64,000 nt of DNA, from positions 30,256,001 through 30,320,000 of the forward strand of contig CM022672.1 of the NCBI GenBank assembly GCA_012295275.1, in the 5' to 3' direction. The notes beneath the pieces were generated by a model, which had not been told where the DNA came from, did no database searches, and saw only the letters and a program-made list of their open reading frames with translations. Position 1 is the stretch's first letter; each line of letters starts with the position of its first letter. Below, piece after piece: positions 52,379 through 64,000 of this stretch. Both the position numbers and the translations under genes were made by a program. Source of the DNA: Chrysomallon squamiferum (Eukaryota; Animalia; Mollusca).

Positions 52379-55300
52379 TCTACATTAGTACATCCCTGTT
52401 ACTGAGTACTAGCACATGCACGCATGACAACACCCATACACACACCCAAACACACAGACAGAAAACACAGCCATACACAAGATATATACAAAAATACATA
52501 ATAATTTTAAAATATTACATATATTGATAATTTTATTATTCATATACATATTCATATTATTAATTTTTATTATTATTATTTATTTTTTTTTTTTCATTTT
52601 TTTTTCAAAACTGCTTTTTCTGTTACTACATTCAATAACATTAAGGAAGTAATGTTGGGATACACATACATCTGGTCTCCCTCAGGTAGACAGTTCATTT
52701 AATATTCCTGTTGGAGTTCATAATGAGGGGGACAAGAAAGAGAAAATAACTCACTGATGAAGTTCTGATTTGGTCCTTCTTTCTTTTTTTTTTTTTTTTT
52801 TTTTACATTGTATATAATATAAATGTAACAATTATGTGACAAAATAAATAAATAAATAAATAAATAAATAAAAAGAAAAAAAAAGAAAGGAAAAACAAAA
52901 TTAAAAAGAAAAGTTCCATAGACATTTTGTGTTGTTGTTTAACTTTTGTTTTTATTTTAATGGTTCATATTGTGTTAAATGAAAAAATCATATATAATTA
53001 TTTAACATTTACAAGCAACATCACAGGTACTCTAATCAAAATAATAAATAAAAAAATCACATGGCAAGTTTCTACAGGTTATTTATTAACTAAGCTATAC
53101 TACTATACATGATTTTTTTTTTTTTTTTTTTTTTCTATTCTACAGGTTATTTATTAATTAATATACATTTCATAACTTCTTCATGTTTTTTTGTTTGTAC
53201 AGGTTATTTATAAACTAAGGTATACTTCACTACTATTATTCATGTTTTGGTTTCTAGGAAACATTTCTAAGGACATCCTTATAAAAATAATACATGGGAT
53301 TAATACTATAAGAAAAGAAAACAGAAAAATAAGAATGGAGGAAAAATATAAAGAGTGAAAAAAACTGTTTACATTATTTATCAGCAAAGGTAAGGTTATT
53401 ATCACATATCTTACAAGCAGCTAACAATGATATTTTGACTTTGTATTTTGCATGCACATACATGTTTTTGTATGTATAAAATAATTTACAGGTGCTTATC
53501 ATTTATTAAGAGTACAGTTATTAATGTATATTGTTTATGTAGGTATGGATATTTTTTATTTGTTTTGTTTTTTTGTAGAGAGAAAGTGTATGTATTCATT
53601 ATGTTTATGTGCTTATGAATGTGTTTGTGCTTATCTTTATTCGAAAGAATTTGTGTGTTATTTATTTATGTTTATTTTGTTCATATTTGTTTTTATCTTT
53701 TTATAGAGAATGTATATATTTATTATGTTCAAGTCTTTTTTATTAATGTATTTTTATCTTTTTATAGAGAATGTATATATTTATTATGTTTATGTTGTTA
53801 ATGTGTTTGTGTTTGTTTTATTACAGTGAATATTTGTATTTGTTATGTATGTGTTTCTTTTTTATTAAAGAGAATGTATTATGTTTATGTTTGTGTTTGT
53901 TTTAATGTGTGTATGATTTTGCTTGTGTTTGAATTGCTTGTGTGTGAATGTCCTTGTGTTTTTGAAAGAAGGTATTTATTGTGTTTATGGTTATGTTGTT
54001 AGTGTTTTTTATTAATGTATGCATTTTGGTCTTTCTAGAGAATAAGGACAAAAAAGAGATGAATGAGGGAAAAATATAAAGAATAAAATAAATTGTTTAC
54101 ACTGTTTATCAGCGAAGGTAAGGTTATTATCTTACAAGCAGCTAACAGTGATATTTTGACTATCTCCATATTTTGCATGCACATATATGTTTTTGTATGT
54201 ATAATGTACTTTATAGGTTTTAACTCTACCAGTAGGTATATACTAATGTGTGTCTGTGTTTTATGTTGTTTATGTTATTATGGATGTGTTTGTACTTCTA
54301 AGACAGAATGTTTATATTTGTTATTGCTTGTTTAGTTAAAGTGTGTTTGAATATGTTTGTGTTGTTAATTTATTTATGAATGTGTTAGTGCTTGACTTTA
54401 TTAAAAACAATTGTGTGTTATTTGTTTATGTTTGTTTTGTTCATGTGTTTGTTTTTATCTTTTTTTTATAGAGAATGTGAATATTTATTATATTTATGTA
54501 TTTGTGAATGTTTGTATTTGTGTGTATTTTAGAGAGAATGTGTACATTGTTTGTGTTGTTAATGTGTTTATAAATGTGTTTGTTTCTGTCAGAAAGAATT
54601 TGTGTATTTACTAATGTGTTTGTATTTGTTTTTTTCTGTAGAGAATGGTGTGTTGCTAATGAGTTTGTCATTATTATTGTGTATTTATTATGTTTGTGTG
54701 CTTATGAATGTGTTTGTGTTTTTCATTTTTAGAGAGAATATGTATTTTATTTATGTTGTTCATGAACTTTTGAATGTGTTTGTGGTTGGCTTTATTTTCA
54801 GAGAGAATGTGTACATCCTTTTTAGAGACAATGTGTGCATTATTTTTATCTTTGTGTTGTTAATGCATTTATGAATGTGTGTTATTAAAGTGCTTATGAA
54901 TTGTTTGTTTTTATCTGTTTTAGATAGGATGTATTTATTATGATTATGTTTGTGTTGTTTATGGATGTTTTCCTCTTTTAGAGAATGTCTATATTTATTA
55001 GGTTTATGTTTATTTGTTTATATTTTTCTTTTTTTTGACAGAATGTATGTAAAATGCTTATGAATGTATTTGTATTTTTATTATGTTTGTGTTTGTATTT
55101 TTTTTATTTTTTTATTTAGAAATGTTTGTTTATTTCCTTCTGATTAGGTTTTAAAACATTTACTATTTACATTTTTGTTTGTGTTTGTTAATGTCTTTTG
55201 AAAAATGTTTTTTTACAGACTGTTTATTATTTGTACTTGTTTTTATAGACTTGTGTATTTATTATGTCTGTGTGGTTATTCCCTTATGAATGTGTTTGCA

Positions 55301-56184
55301 TTTTTCTTTTTTTAGTTGAAAATGTATTACATATTTATTTTTTTTATATATTTATTAATGTTTGTGTTTTTATAGTTTTGTCTTATTTTCTACTTTTTTA
55401 GTTTGAATGTTTAATGAATGTCTTTTTTAAGAGATGTGTGTATTTTTGTTTATAGTTGTCTTGTTTATGAATATTTAATGTGTTTATGTTATTAATGTGT
55501 TTATGAATGTTTTGCTTGATTTAGAGTGAATTTATAGTGTATTTGTGTGAATGTGTTGCTACATTTTAGAGAATTATGTGTTGCTGTCTTATGTGTTATT
55601 ACATTTTTAGACAGTTATCTGTGTTTCTGCGAGTGTTATGTTTTTACATTTTCAGAAAATTATGTGTATGTGATTTAAAATATGTGTGGCTTCATTTTTG
55701 AAGTATTAATTTATATGTGTGAGTGTTATGTGATTTTACATTTTCAGAAAATGATGTGTATTTGTGTTAGTATATTATGTGCTGCTTCATTTCTGAAGTA
55801 TTAATTTATATGTGTGAGTGTTATGTTTTTACATTTTCAGAAAATTATGTGTATATGTATTAAAATATTATGTGTGGCTTCATTTTTGAAGTATTAGTTT
55901 ATATGTGTGAGTGTTATGTGTTGCAACATTTTCAGAGAATTATGTGTTTCTCTATGAGTGTGTTTATTAAAGAGTGTGTATTTGCATTTTATAGAAATGG
56001 ATCTATGTCTAAAAGCATTTACTTCTTCTACATGAAAAGTTTGTAAGCTACAAATGGCAAAGGGTACCAATGATTATGACTAAACAGAACATACTTACAA
56101 TCTTTGATTGCTTTGCAACAAATTCAAAAATCACTATTAATACAATAATAACAGTGATATATATATGAAAACCAAGATTAATTT

Positions 56185-56221
<37 letters not shown>

Positions 56222-56372
56222 TACATGTAAAAATTTTGTAATTTTAATATCTGGTGAACTGTGATTTATCAAGAAGTGGCAGTAACCTGTTTTATTTAAG
56301 ATGATATATCTAAATCTATATTATATATAAAATACTCTCAGCATATTGTTTTGTGAAGTATTTACAATCAAG

Positions 56373-56436
<64 letters not shown>

Positions 56437-56795
56437 GTGGTAGTAGTAGTAGTATTAGTATTAGTATTAGTATTAATATTATTTAATTTTTTTATTTATT
56501 TGTTTTTTTAATTTAATCAAGAATTAAAAGTGCCTTCATTATTAAACTCTAACGGCCATCTTTTTTAATCTCTTTTATTTTTTTTTGCAATATAAAAAAA
56601 ATTAAGTAAATAAAAATAAAAACAAATGTCAGGGCATGAGAGGACAGAATGAGTACTAACCTGAGCAACAATTGTCATTTCATGCCAGGTTTTCGCTCTC
56701 TCTAAGTAATCCTGGAAATCCTCCTCCAGATTCGATTTACTGTAATAAGAGACAAAAAACTGGTTATGGTTCTGTGTGTACATGTCTGTTAGTTG

Positions 56796-56842
<47 letters not shown>

Positions 56843-59800
56843 TCTGTTTGTGTATGTGTTTGTGAATATGTAAATAAGATATCAATATGTGTTTACAACT
56901 GACTGTGATCATATGAATATCATTTATTATTGTTGTTGTTGTTTTTGAGAAAAAAAAAATACATACACATATTTCTTTGACAATAAATGAATATGAGTGT
57001 ATGTGTTTGTTTGAGATCAGTGAAAATGTATGCTTGTATTTTGTTTGAATAACTGAATAGGATGATAAGTTTTTTATTCAGAAGACGTGATGATGTAAGT
57101 GCATCCTTTTATTCATTTATTTATTTATTTATCTTTTGTGAATAACAGCACAGAGGTTGTATTCAACAACAAAAAGTCATATCAGTGTGTTGCTGATATT
57201 GTTGTTTTTCTGTTGTTGTTGTTGTTGTTTTTTTATTTTTTTTTTTTTTTTTAATGAATGTGTGTTTTTTTATTTGTGTGAGTTATATTAAAATAAATAA
57301 ATAAATAAATAAAATTCCAATAATAAAATTGTTCTGTTCATCTTCAGTGTTTAAACAGATGAATATTTTATGTTGTACAATTTAAAAACTTAACATTCAT
57401 GTATAGATATGTTATACCAATGATTACTAAGTACTGTATAATTTCAAAAATATATTTATGTATAGGTATGTTATACCAAATGATTACTAAGTACTGTATA
57501 GTTTAAAACTATTAATGTATAGATATGTTATATCAGTGATTACTAAGTACTGTAAAGTTTAAAACTATTAATGTATAGATATGTTATATCAGTGATTACT
57601 AAGTACTGTACAATTTAAAACTATTAATGTATAGATATGTTATATCAGTGATTACTAAGTACTGTACAATTTAAAACGTGATATTAATGTATAAATATGT
57701 TATATCAGTGATTACTAAGTACTGTACAATTTAAAACGTGATATTAATGTATAGATATGTTATATCAGTGATTACTAAGTACTGTACAATTTAAAACGTG
57801 ATATTAATGTATAGATATGTTATATCAGTGATTACTAAGTACTGTATAATTTAAAACGTGATATTAATGTATAGATATGTTATGCCAGTGATCACTAAGT
57901 ACTGTATAATTTAAAACTATTAATGTATAGATATGTTATATCAGTGATTACTAAGTACTGTATAGTTTAAAACTATTAATGTATAGATATGTTGTATCAG
58001 TGATTACTAAGTACTGTACAATTTAAAACTATAATATTAATGTATAGATATGTTATATCAGTGATTACTAAGTACTGTATAGTTTAAAACTATAATATTA
58101 ATGTATAGATATGTTATATCAGTGATTACTAAGTACTGTATAGTTTAAAACTATTAATGTATAGATATGTTATACCTGTGATTACTAAGTACTGTACAGT
58201 TTAAAACGTGATATTAATGTATAGATATGTTATATCAGTGATTACTAAGTACTGTACAGTTTAAAACTATTAATGTATAGATATGTTATATCAGTGATTA
58301 CTAAGTACTGTAAAGTTTAAAACTATTAATGTATAGATATGTTATATCAGTGATTACTAAGTACTGTACAATTTAAAACTATTAATGTATAGATATGTTA
58401 TATCAGTGATTACTAAGTACTGTACAATTTAAAACGTGATATTAATGTATAAATATGTTATATCAGTGATTACTAAGTACTGTACAATTTAAAACGTGAT
58501 ATTAATGTATAGATATATTATATCAGTGATTACTAAGTACTGTACAATTTAAAACGTGATATTAATGTATAGATATGTTATGCCAGTGATCACTAAGTAC
58601 TGTATAATTTAAAACGTGATATTAATGTATAGATATGTTATATCAGTGATTACTAAGTACTGTATAATTTAAAACGTGATATTAATGTATAGATATGTTA
58701 TGCCAGTGATCACTAAGTACTGTATAATTTAAAACTATTAATGTATAGATATGTTATATCAGTGATTACTAAGTACTGTATAGTTTAAAACTATTAATGT
58801 ATAGATATGTTGTATCAGTGATTACTAAGTACTGTACAGTTTAAAACTATAATATTAATGTATAGATATGTTATATCAGTGATTACTAAGTACTGTACAA
58901 TTTAAAACTATAATATTAATGTATAGATATGTTATATCAGTGATTACTAAGTACTGTATAGTTTAAAACTATAATATTAATGTATAGATATGTTATATCA
59001 GTGATTACTAAGTACTGTATAGTTTAAAACTATTAATGTATAGATATGTTATACCTGTGATTACTAAGTACTGTACAGTTTAAAACGTGATATTAATGTA
59101 TAGATATGTTATATCAGTGATTACTAAGTACTGTACAGTTTAAAACTATTAATGTATGATTTGACTTACGATTTGGCAAGTCTCATCTTTACGTGCATTT
59201 CATCAACATTTTCTACAGTACTCATCCACGGAGTACTCATCCGTAACTGGAAAAACAACAGTGGAAGTTATTTACATGTTTCACTCTGTGCTTCAACTGT
59301 GAGTAAACACACTAAATGTGTTATTTCTTAAATAAATTATTTTTTGAACAAGTAATTTAAACATACATATTCTTTAAATTGCTAAATTACTGTGTATTGT
59401 GTAATTTGAAATTAGTTTGAGCAAGTGATCTAAATATATTTTACATAATTCAGTATTACAGTTTTGATTCTTTAATACTTTTTTTTTTTTATCTTTCTCA
59501 TTTTCAGACATGAACTTTCAAAACAACTGGTTACATAGTAATTTAATTTTAACCTTTTCCAAGAAAACATTATAATAGTAAAGAAACCAAAAAAAAAAAA
59601 AAAAAAGATATTCAAGAACATCCCATACATTACGGCAATAATTATAAAAACCAAATAAGAAAAGAAATAATTAATTAAAGAAAGACCTGGTGTGTCTTTG
59701 ATCTCAGAATATATAATTTAAACAATGTAAAATATTAACATAAAAAACAATTACCTGGTTTCTTGGTAAAATCATGGGTGTCAGAGAAGGAAGCCTGACT

Positions 59801-61555
59801 TGATCTACACTGTCATACAGACTCTGAAATAAATAAATAAATAAATAAATAAATTAATTAATTAATTAACAAATTAATAAAGACCACTTAACAACATAAG
59901 CACATTTTGATATTAAAGGTTTTTGGTACAAATTTAGTTAAATAAAAGAAAGAAAAGAAAATTAACAGTGGCAGTTTGATATCAGTACTAAAGGAGTTAA
60001 AGCAGGTAATCCATGCCATTAAATTGGTTAAATACTAAGATAATAATACCAGTTTTGATGAACTCTCTTCACAGTTGTTCTGACATCAAAAGTGTTAAAA
60101 CATATAAACCATACCACTTAAAGAGTTAAAGTCAACTTTAAAACATTCAAGATGACCTCTCCAGACCCAAATGTTTTGTGTCAGCATAAAAGGGTTAAAG
60201 CATGTAAACCATGCCTTTAAAAGGGTCAAAGAAGAATTCTTCAGATGCAGTAGTTTGATGTCAGCATAAAAAGGGTTAAAGCATGTAAAGCATGCCACTT
60301 AAAGGGTTAAAGAAGAATGTGTGACATACCAGTCTGGATGAACTCTCCAGACCAAATAGTTTTATGTCAGCACAAAAAGGGTTAAAGCATGTAAAGCATG
60401 CCACTTAAAGGGTTAAAGAAGAATGTGTGACATACCAGTTTGGATGAACTTTCCAGACCTAGCAGTTTGATGTCAGCACAAAAAGGGTTAAAGCATGTAA
60501 AGCATGCCACTTAAAGGGTTAAAGAAGAATGTGTGACATACCAGTTTGGATGAACTCTCCAGACCTAGCAGTTTGATGTCAGCACAAAAAGGGTTAAAGC
60601 ATGTAAAGCATGCCACTTAAAGGGTTAAAGAAGAATGTGTGACATACCAGTTTGGATGAACTCTCCAGACCTAGCAGTTTGATGTCCAGTCTGTACAGCA
60701 GAATCTGACTCTTGTGTAGACTGACAGAGAGCAGGAGTTGAAGTAAAGTTGTCAGCCCATTTCTAAACACAAAATAACACACATTATTTTCTATTACACA
60801 CAGCAAAACAATGCCCTTTAAAACAGTGTAACAGTATGATTAGTATACACTGTACAAAATCTAATTATCTGTAAATTGTAAAATACTTAAATCACAGTAT
60901 ATAAAGATTGTTGTAAAATAATATATTTAAAACACAATGTATATTATTATATAATTATATATCTAAAACACAATATATATTATTGTAAAATAATTTAAAA
61001 CAGTGTACATTATTATATAATAACAGATTCAAAACATGGTTTATGTTACTATGTACATTTAAAACAAAGATGTTACCATAAAACAGCAGATTTAAAACAC
61101 ATTTGAAATGCAAAGATCTGATCTGCCCAACATAATGCAAAATTAAATTTAAAACAGTGAACAATAATGTTTAATACACAGTACACATTGCCTTTTGAAT
61201 AGTGTACAAAAGTGTGTTTTTGTCTATACAATAAAATATTGTCCTTAAAATACAATGTAAGATAATGTGTTATTGTCTATACATTACAACATTACCCTTA
61301 AAATCCAATGTGAAACAAAATGCTATTGTCAAAATAACGTTATCTTTAACAACATTGTCTATGTACAACAATGATATTGTCTATAAAATGCAATATTACC
61401 CTTAAAATATAGTGTAGAAAAATGTGTTATTGTCTTTAGAACAACTATACCCTAACAAAATGTAACATTATCCTTAAATTAATTTAAAACATGTAAACTA
61501 TAATTATTATGTATCAATAACGTGTGTGTGTGCACATGCGTTTATGTTGTTGTTG

Positions 61556-61600
<45 letters not shown>

Positions 61601-63069
61601 CATTCCATGATTAAGTACTCCATCACAAGCAGACAAACTAACATGCATTTTAAGGGTAATGTTGTACTGTATAGCTAAATAAAAACACATAGTTTTATAT
61701 TTGTTTTATATGCATTGTTACAATACATTATTCCCCATTTCTTAAGGATAATATTACATTATGATGTGCACATAAGTTTTTTGTACTATTGTGTTTTATA
61801 GAGAAAAAAATGTAATTGTATAATGTGTTTTAAATAATGGTTGGTAGTTACTCACCTGTTTTTTGGTATCTTGTTGAAGTTGAGGAGAAGTCCTATCTGG
61901 TGGAAACCAGCAGCTACCAGAAGATTCTTAATCTGAATATTCATCCACAGAGGTCGAATAGAGAGGTCATTGACCTTGAGCTGAATCTCTGATGCATGCT
62001 TGGTAATGCTGAGCTGTGAAATAATTACAGTGATGATGATGATGATGATGTAATAACAACAATTATGATCATGATGATAACAATAACAAGAACAATAACT
62101 GATGATGATAATGTAATAATAACAACAATTATGATGATGTTAACAATAAGAAGAACAGTAACTGATGATGATAAGCTAATAATAACTGATGATGACAATA
62201 ATAAGAACAATAAATGATAATAACAACAATTATGAAAATAATGATGACAATGGTGGTGAAAATATATTAACATCAAGAATCAAGATAATATTAAATAAAT
62301 AAAAAGCCACAGATAATGGTTGTGTGAGATAATCTGAAACTATATTCAGTAGTATATTAACATATGAAATATCATTATTATAAATGTTATTTATTATAAT
62401 GCATATATTCATAGATGCAAAATTATATGTACTAAGAAATTAACTATAATGTATTCTCTTTTTATTGCATATTTTTAGTACTGAACAATAATATGGGTGT
62501 TAACTTGCAATGATGCTTTAACAGGGGTTCTTGAAGCCAAGTGACAGTTTTAAATTAATGTGCTAATTGAAAAAATTATGCTGTTAAGTGACCAAAAATT
62601 TGACATACCAAGTATGAAGATAAAAGGACTCTATTTAGGAGTTCTTAAAACCAATTGATTGTTTTAAATTAATAGTGTTAATTTAAATAATTATGTTACT
62701 AAGTGACCAAAAATTTGACATACCAAGTATTAAGCTGCATGGATGCTATTTAGGGTTATTTAAGCTGCAAGTGATTTTGATGAAATTATTGTGTTGATTT
62801 AAGTAATGGTGTTACTGTGTGGTTAAAAGTGAGGAGTGTGACTCACCAAGTCAATGAGCAAAGAAATGTGATCCTGTCCTAATGGAAGCATCTCTGACAA
62901 TGCCTGACTGCACTGCACATTTGTTACTAATGCTGAAATATAATAATAATAATATTAATAATAATAAAATAAATGATGATGATGATAATAGTGATAATGA
63001 TGATGATGATGATGATGATAATGATGTTGATTTGATAATTATTAATAATAATGATAGTTATAAAGAATA

Positions 63070-63123
<54 letters not shown>

Positions 63124-63897
63124 TAAATAAATAAATAAATAAATAATAGTAATAAATAACTATAGCAACAACAACAACAACAATAAATAATAATGATAAG
63201 GAGATCAACAAGACAACAGAAGTGATAAATTAATAGAAAAAGTTTTGTATCAATTAGATGTTACAAATGGCAATGAAGACTTTTAAATACCAATAACAAC
63301 AATATCAGCAGCAGTACTTAGTAACAATAGCAGTAAAAATAGGGGGAACACAAACCTGTAGCGATAACCCCCCAATCCCCCCAAAAAAAATCCAGTGAAA
63401 ATACTTTCAAAACCTGATAATATGAACAGAAAAACAAAACTTTGTTGGCTAAAGTAGATTTCATCATCATGGATATTTTCCAATATTGCCACAACCGACT
63501 TTGTAAAACTTCACCTATCTGTCACTAAATTAATAAAAGAAATACAGTATCATTCCTATAATTCAAATATGCTTAAACCAATTACGCTAAAATAAGATAA
63601 CTAATTTCCAACATGGCAGCCATTTTCCAAGATGTTCACAATCAGAATTTTTTAAAAATAAATAAACGTACCTGTAAGAGCTCTGAGAGCGTCATAGGCT
63701 GGGATGAGCATCTCATCTTTGTTCCAGTGAGGGAAGATGACGTAGGGACTGATGAGTTGTGTCCCCTTCGCTTGGAAATGGAAGCCGAGCATTTTGAGCA
63801 GGGACAGGCTGGCTGTGCTGTCTGAGATTTCCTGCGACAGGCTGCACGTCTGTCTGTTGTTTTCTTCTGTGTGCAGACGCTTCAGGGCTGCATCTAG
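51253..63897 (-). CDS. 3' exons of a large gene, probably TTC28-like (TPR/CHAT family C-terminal region); 5' part outside the window
   Basis: Phase-consistent exons 63897-63672, 62932-62847, 62013-61856, 60762-60648, 59823-59755, 59246-59170, 56739-56661, 51495-51253 (stop). The translation LDAALKRLH...LLKMLGFHFQAKG...PYVIFPHWN...ALRAL...LWMNIQIKNLLVAAGFHQ resembles, from memory, the post-CHAT region of TTC28. The exon structure is solid; the family name is tentative. Confidence 0.7.
51496..51765. repeat. Three copies of the terminal-exon acceptor region of the TTC28-like gene
   Basis: ctatt.aaaa..ttaaaacat(t)gtccat..tataatctataaatct at about 51496, 51616 and 51700. Confidence 0.8.
53325..54210. 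repeat. Direct repeat pair of about 160 bp (about 53325-53480 and 54060-54205)
   Basis: Shared gaaaaatataaaga...tttatcagc.aaggtaaggttattatc...cttacaagcagctaaca.tgatattttgact...ttttgcatgcacata. Confidence 0.8.
55560..55950. repeat. Tandem repeat of about 90-95 bp, about 4 copies
   Basis: gagtgttatg...acattttcag recurs at about 55631, 55721, 55816 and 55909. Confidence 0.75.
57400..59157. repeat. Minisatellite of about 48-54 bp, about 34 copies, with higher-order structure
   Basis: Unit tattaatgtatagatatgttatatcagtgattactaagtactgtacaatttaaaac(gtga/tataa). It starts about 12 nt inside the intron from the donor at 59169. Confidence 0.95.
59960..60686 (-). repeat. 106-bp tandem repeat made of an exon 3' end plus splice donor
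   Basis: The exon end CTG|GTATGT at 60648 is repeated at 60542, 60436 and 60330 (exact 106 period), with decayed copies down to about 59960. Confidence 0.93.
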
Positions 63898-63936
63898 CTG
63901 AATTTTGTAACAACAATAATAATAGTAATAATAATA

Positions 63937-63985
<49 letters not shown>

Positions 63986-64000
63986 TAATAATAATAATAA

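Noticed and set aside
51804-54874. Multiple plus-strand ORFs (YLSI and CV repeats)
   Set aside because: They derive from (tatc)n and TG-rich simple repeats.
57400-59157. CRISPR-like or coding interpretation of the long array
   Set aside because: No spacers and no ORF of 60 aa or more in the track; it is a minisatellite.
59100-59240. Inverted agtactgta match between the minisatellite unit and the adjacent exon
   Set aside because: Only 9 bp and centred on a palindrome, so chance is a sufficient explanation.

Overview
AT-rich, microsatellite-laden eukaryotic genomic DNA from an invertebrate, possibly a mollusc (an inference from composition and protein divergence). Five protein-coding genes were reconstructed by hand. 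(1) 5' part of an HMG20A/B-like HMG-box gene (minus, 138-5099, continues off the window). (2) Complete 10-exon PDCD4 (plus, 8962-18701) with a GC-AG first intron. (3) 11-exon SLC27A/FATP1-4-type fatty acid transport protein (minus, 26554-42836), carrying two apparent 1-nt frameshifts in A-runs. (4) Intronless GINS1/PSF1 (plus, 45658-46248). (5) The last 8 exons of a probable TTC28-like gene (minus, 51253-63897). Two non-autonomous hAT elements lie in FATP introns. The most striking unexplained pattern is that many intronic tandem repeats are copies of the adjacent exon-intron junction ('splice-junction echoes'). They create arrays of intact or decayed splice donors and acceptors in three different genes, some predicted to be in frame or to give an alternative C-terminus.
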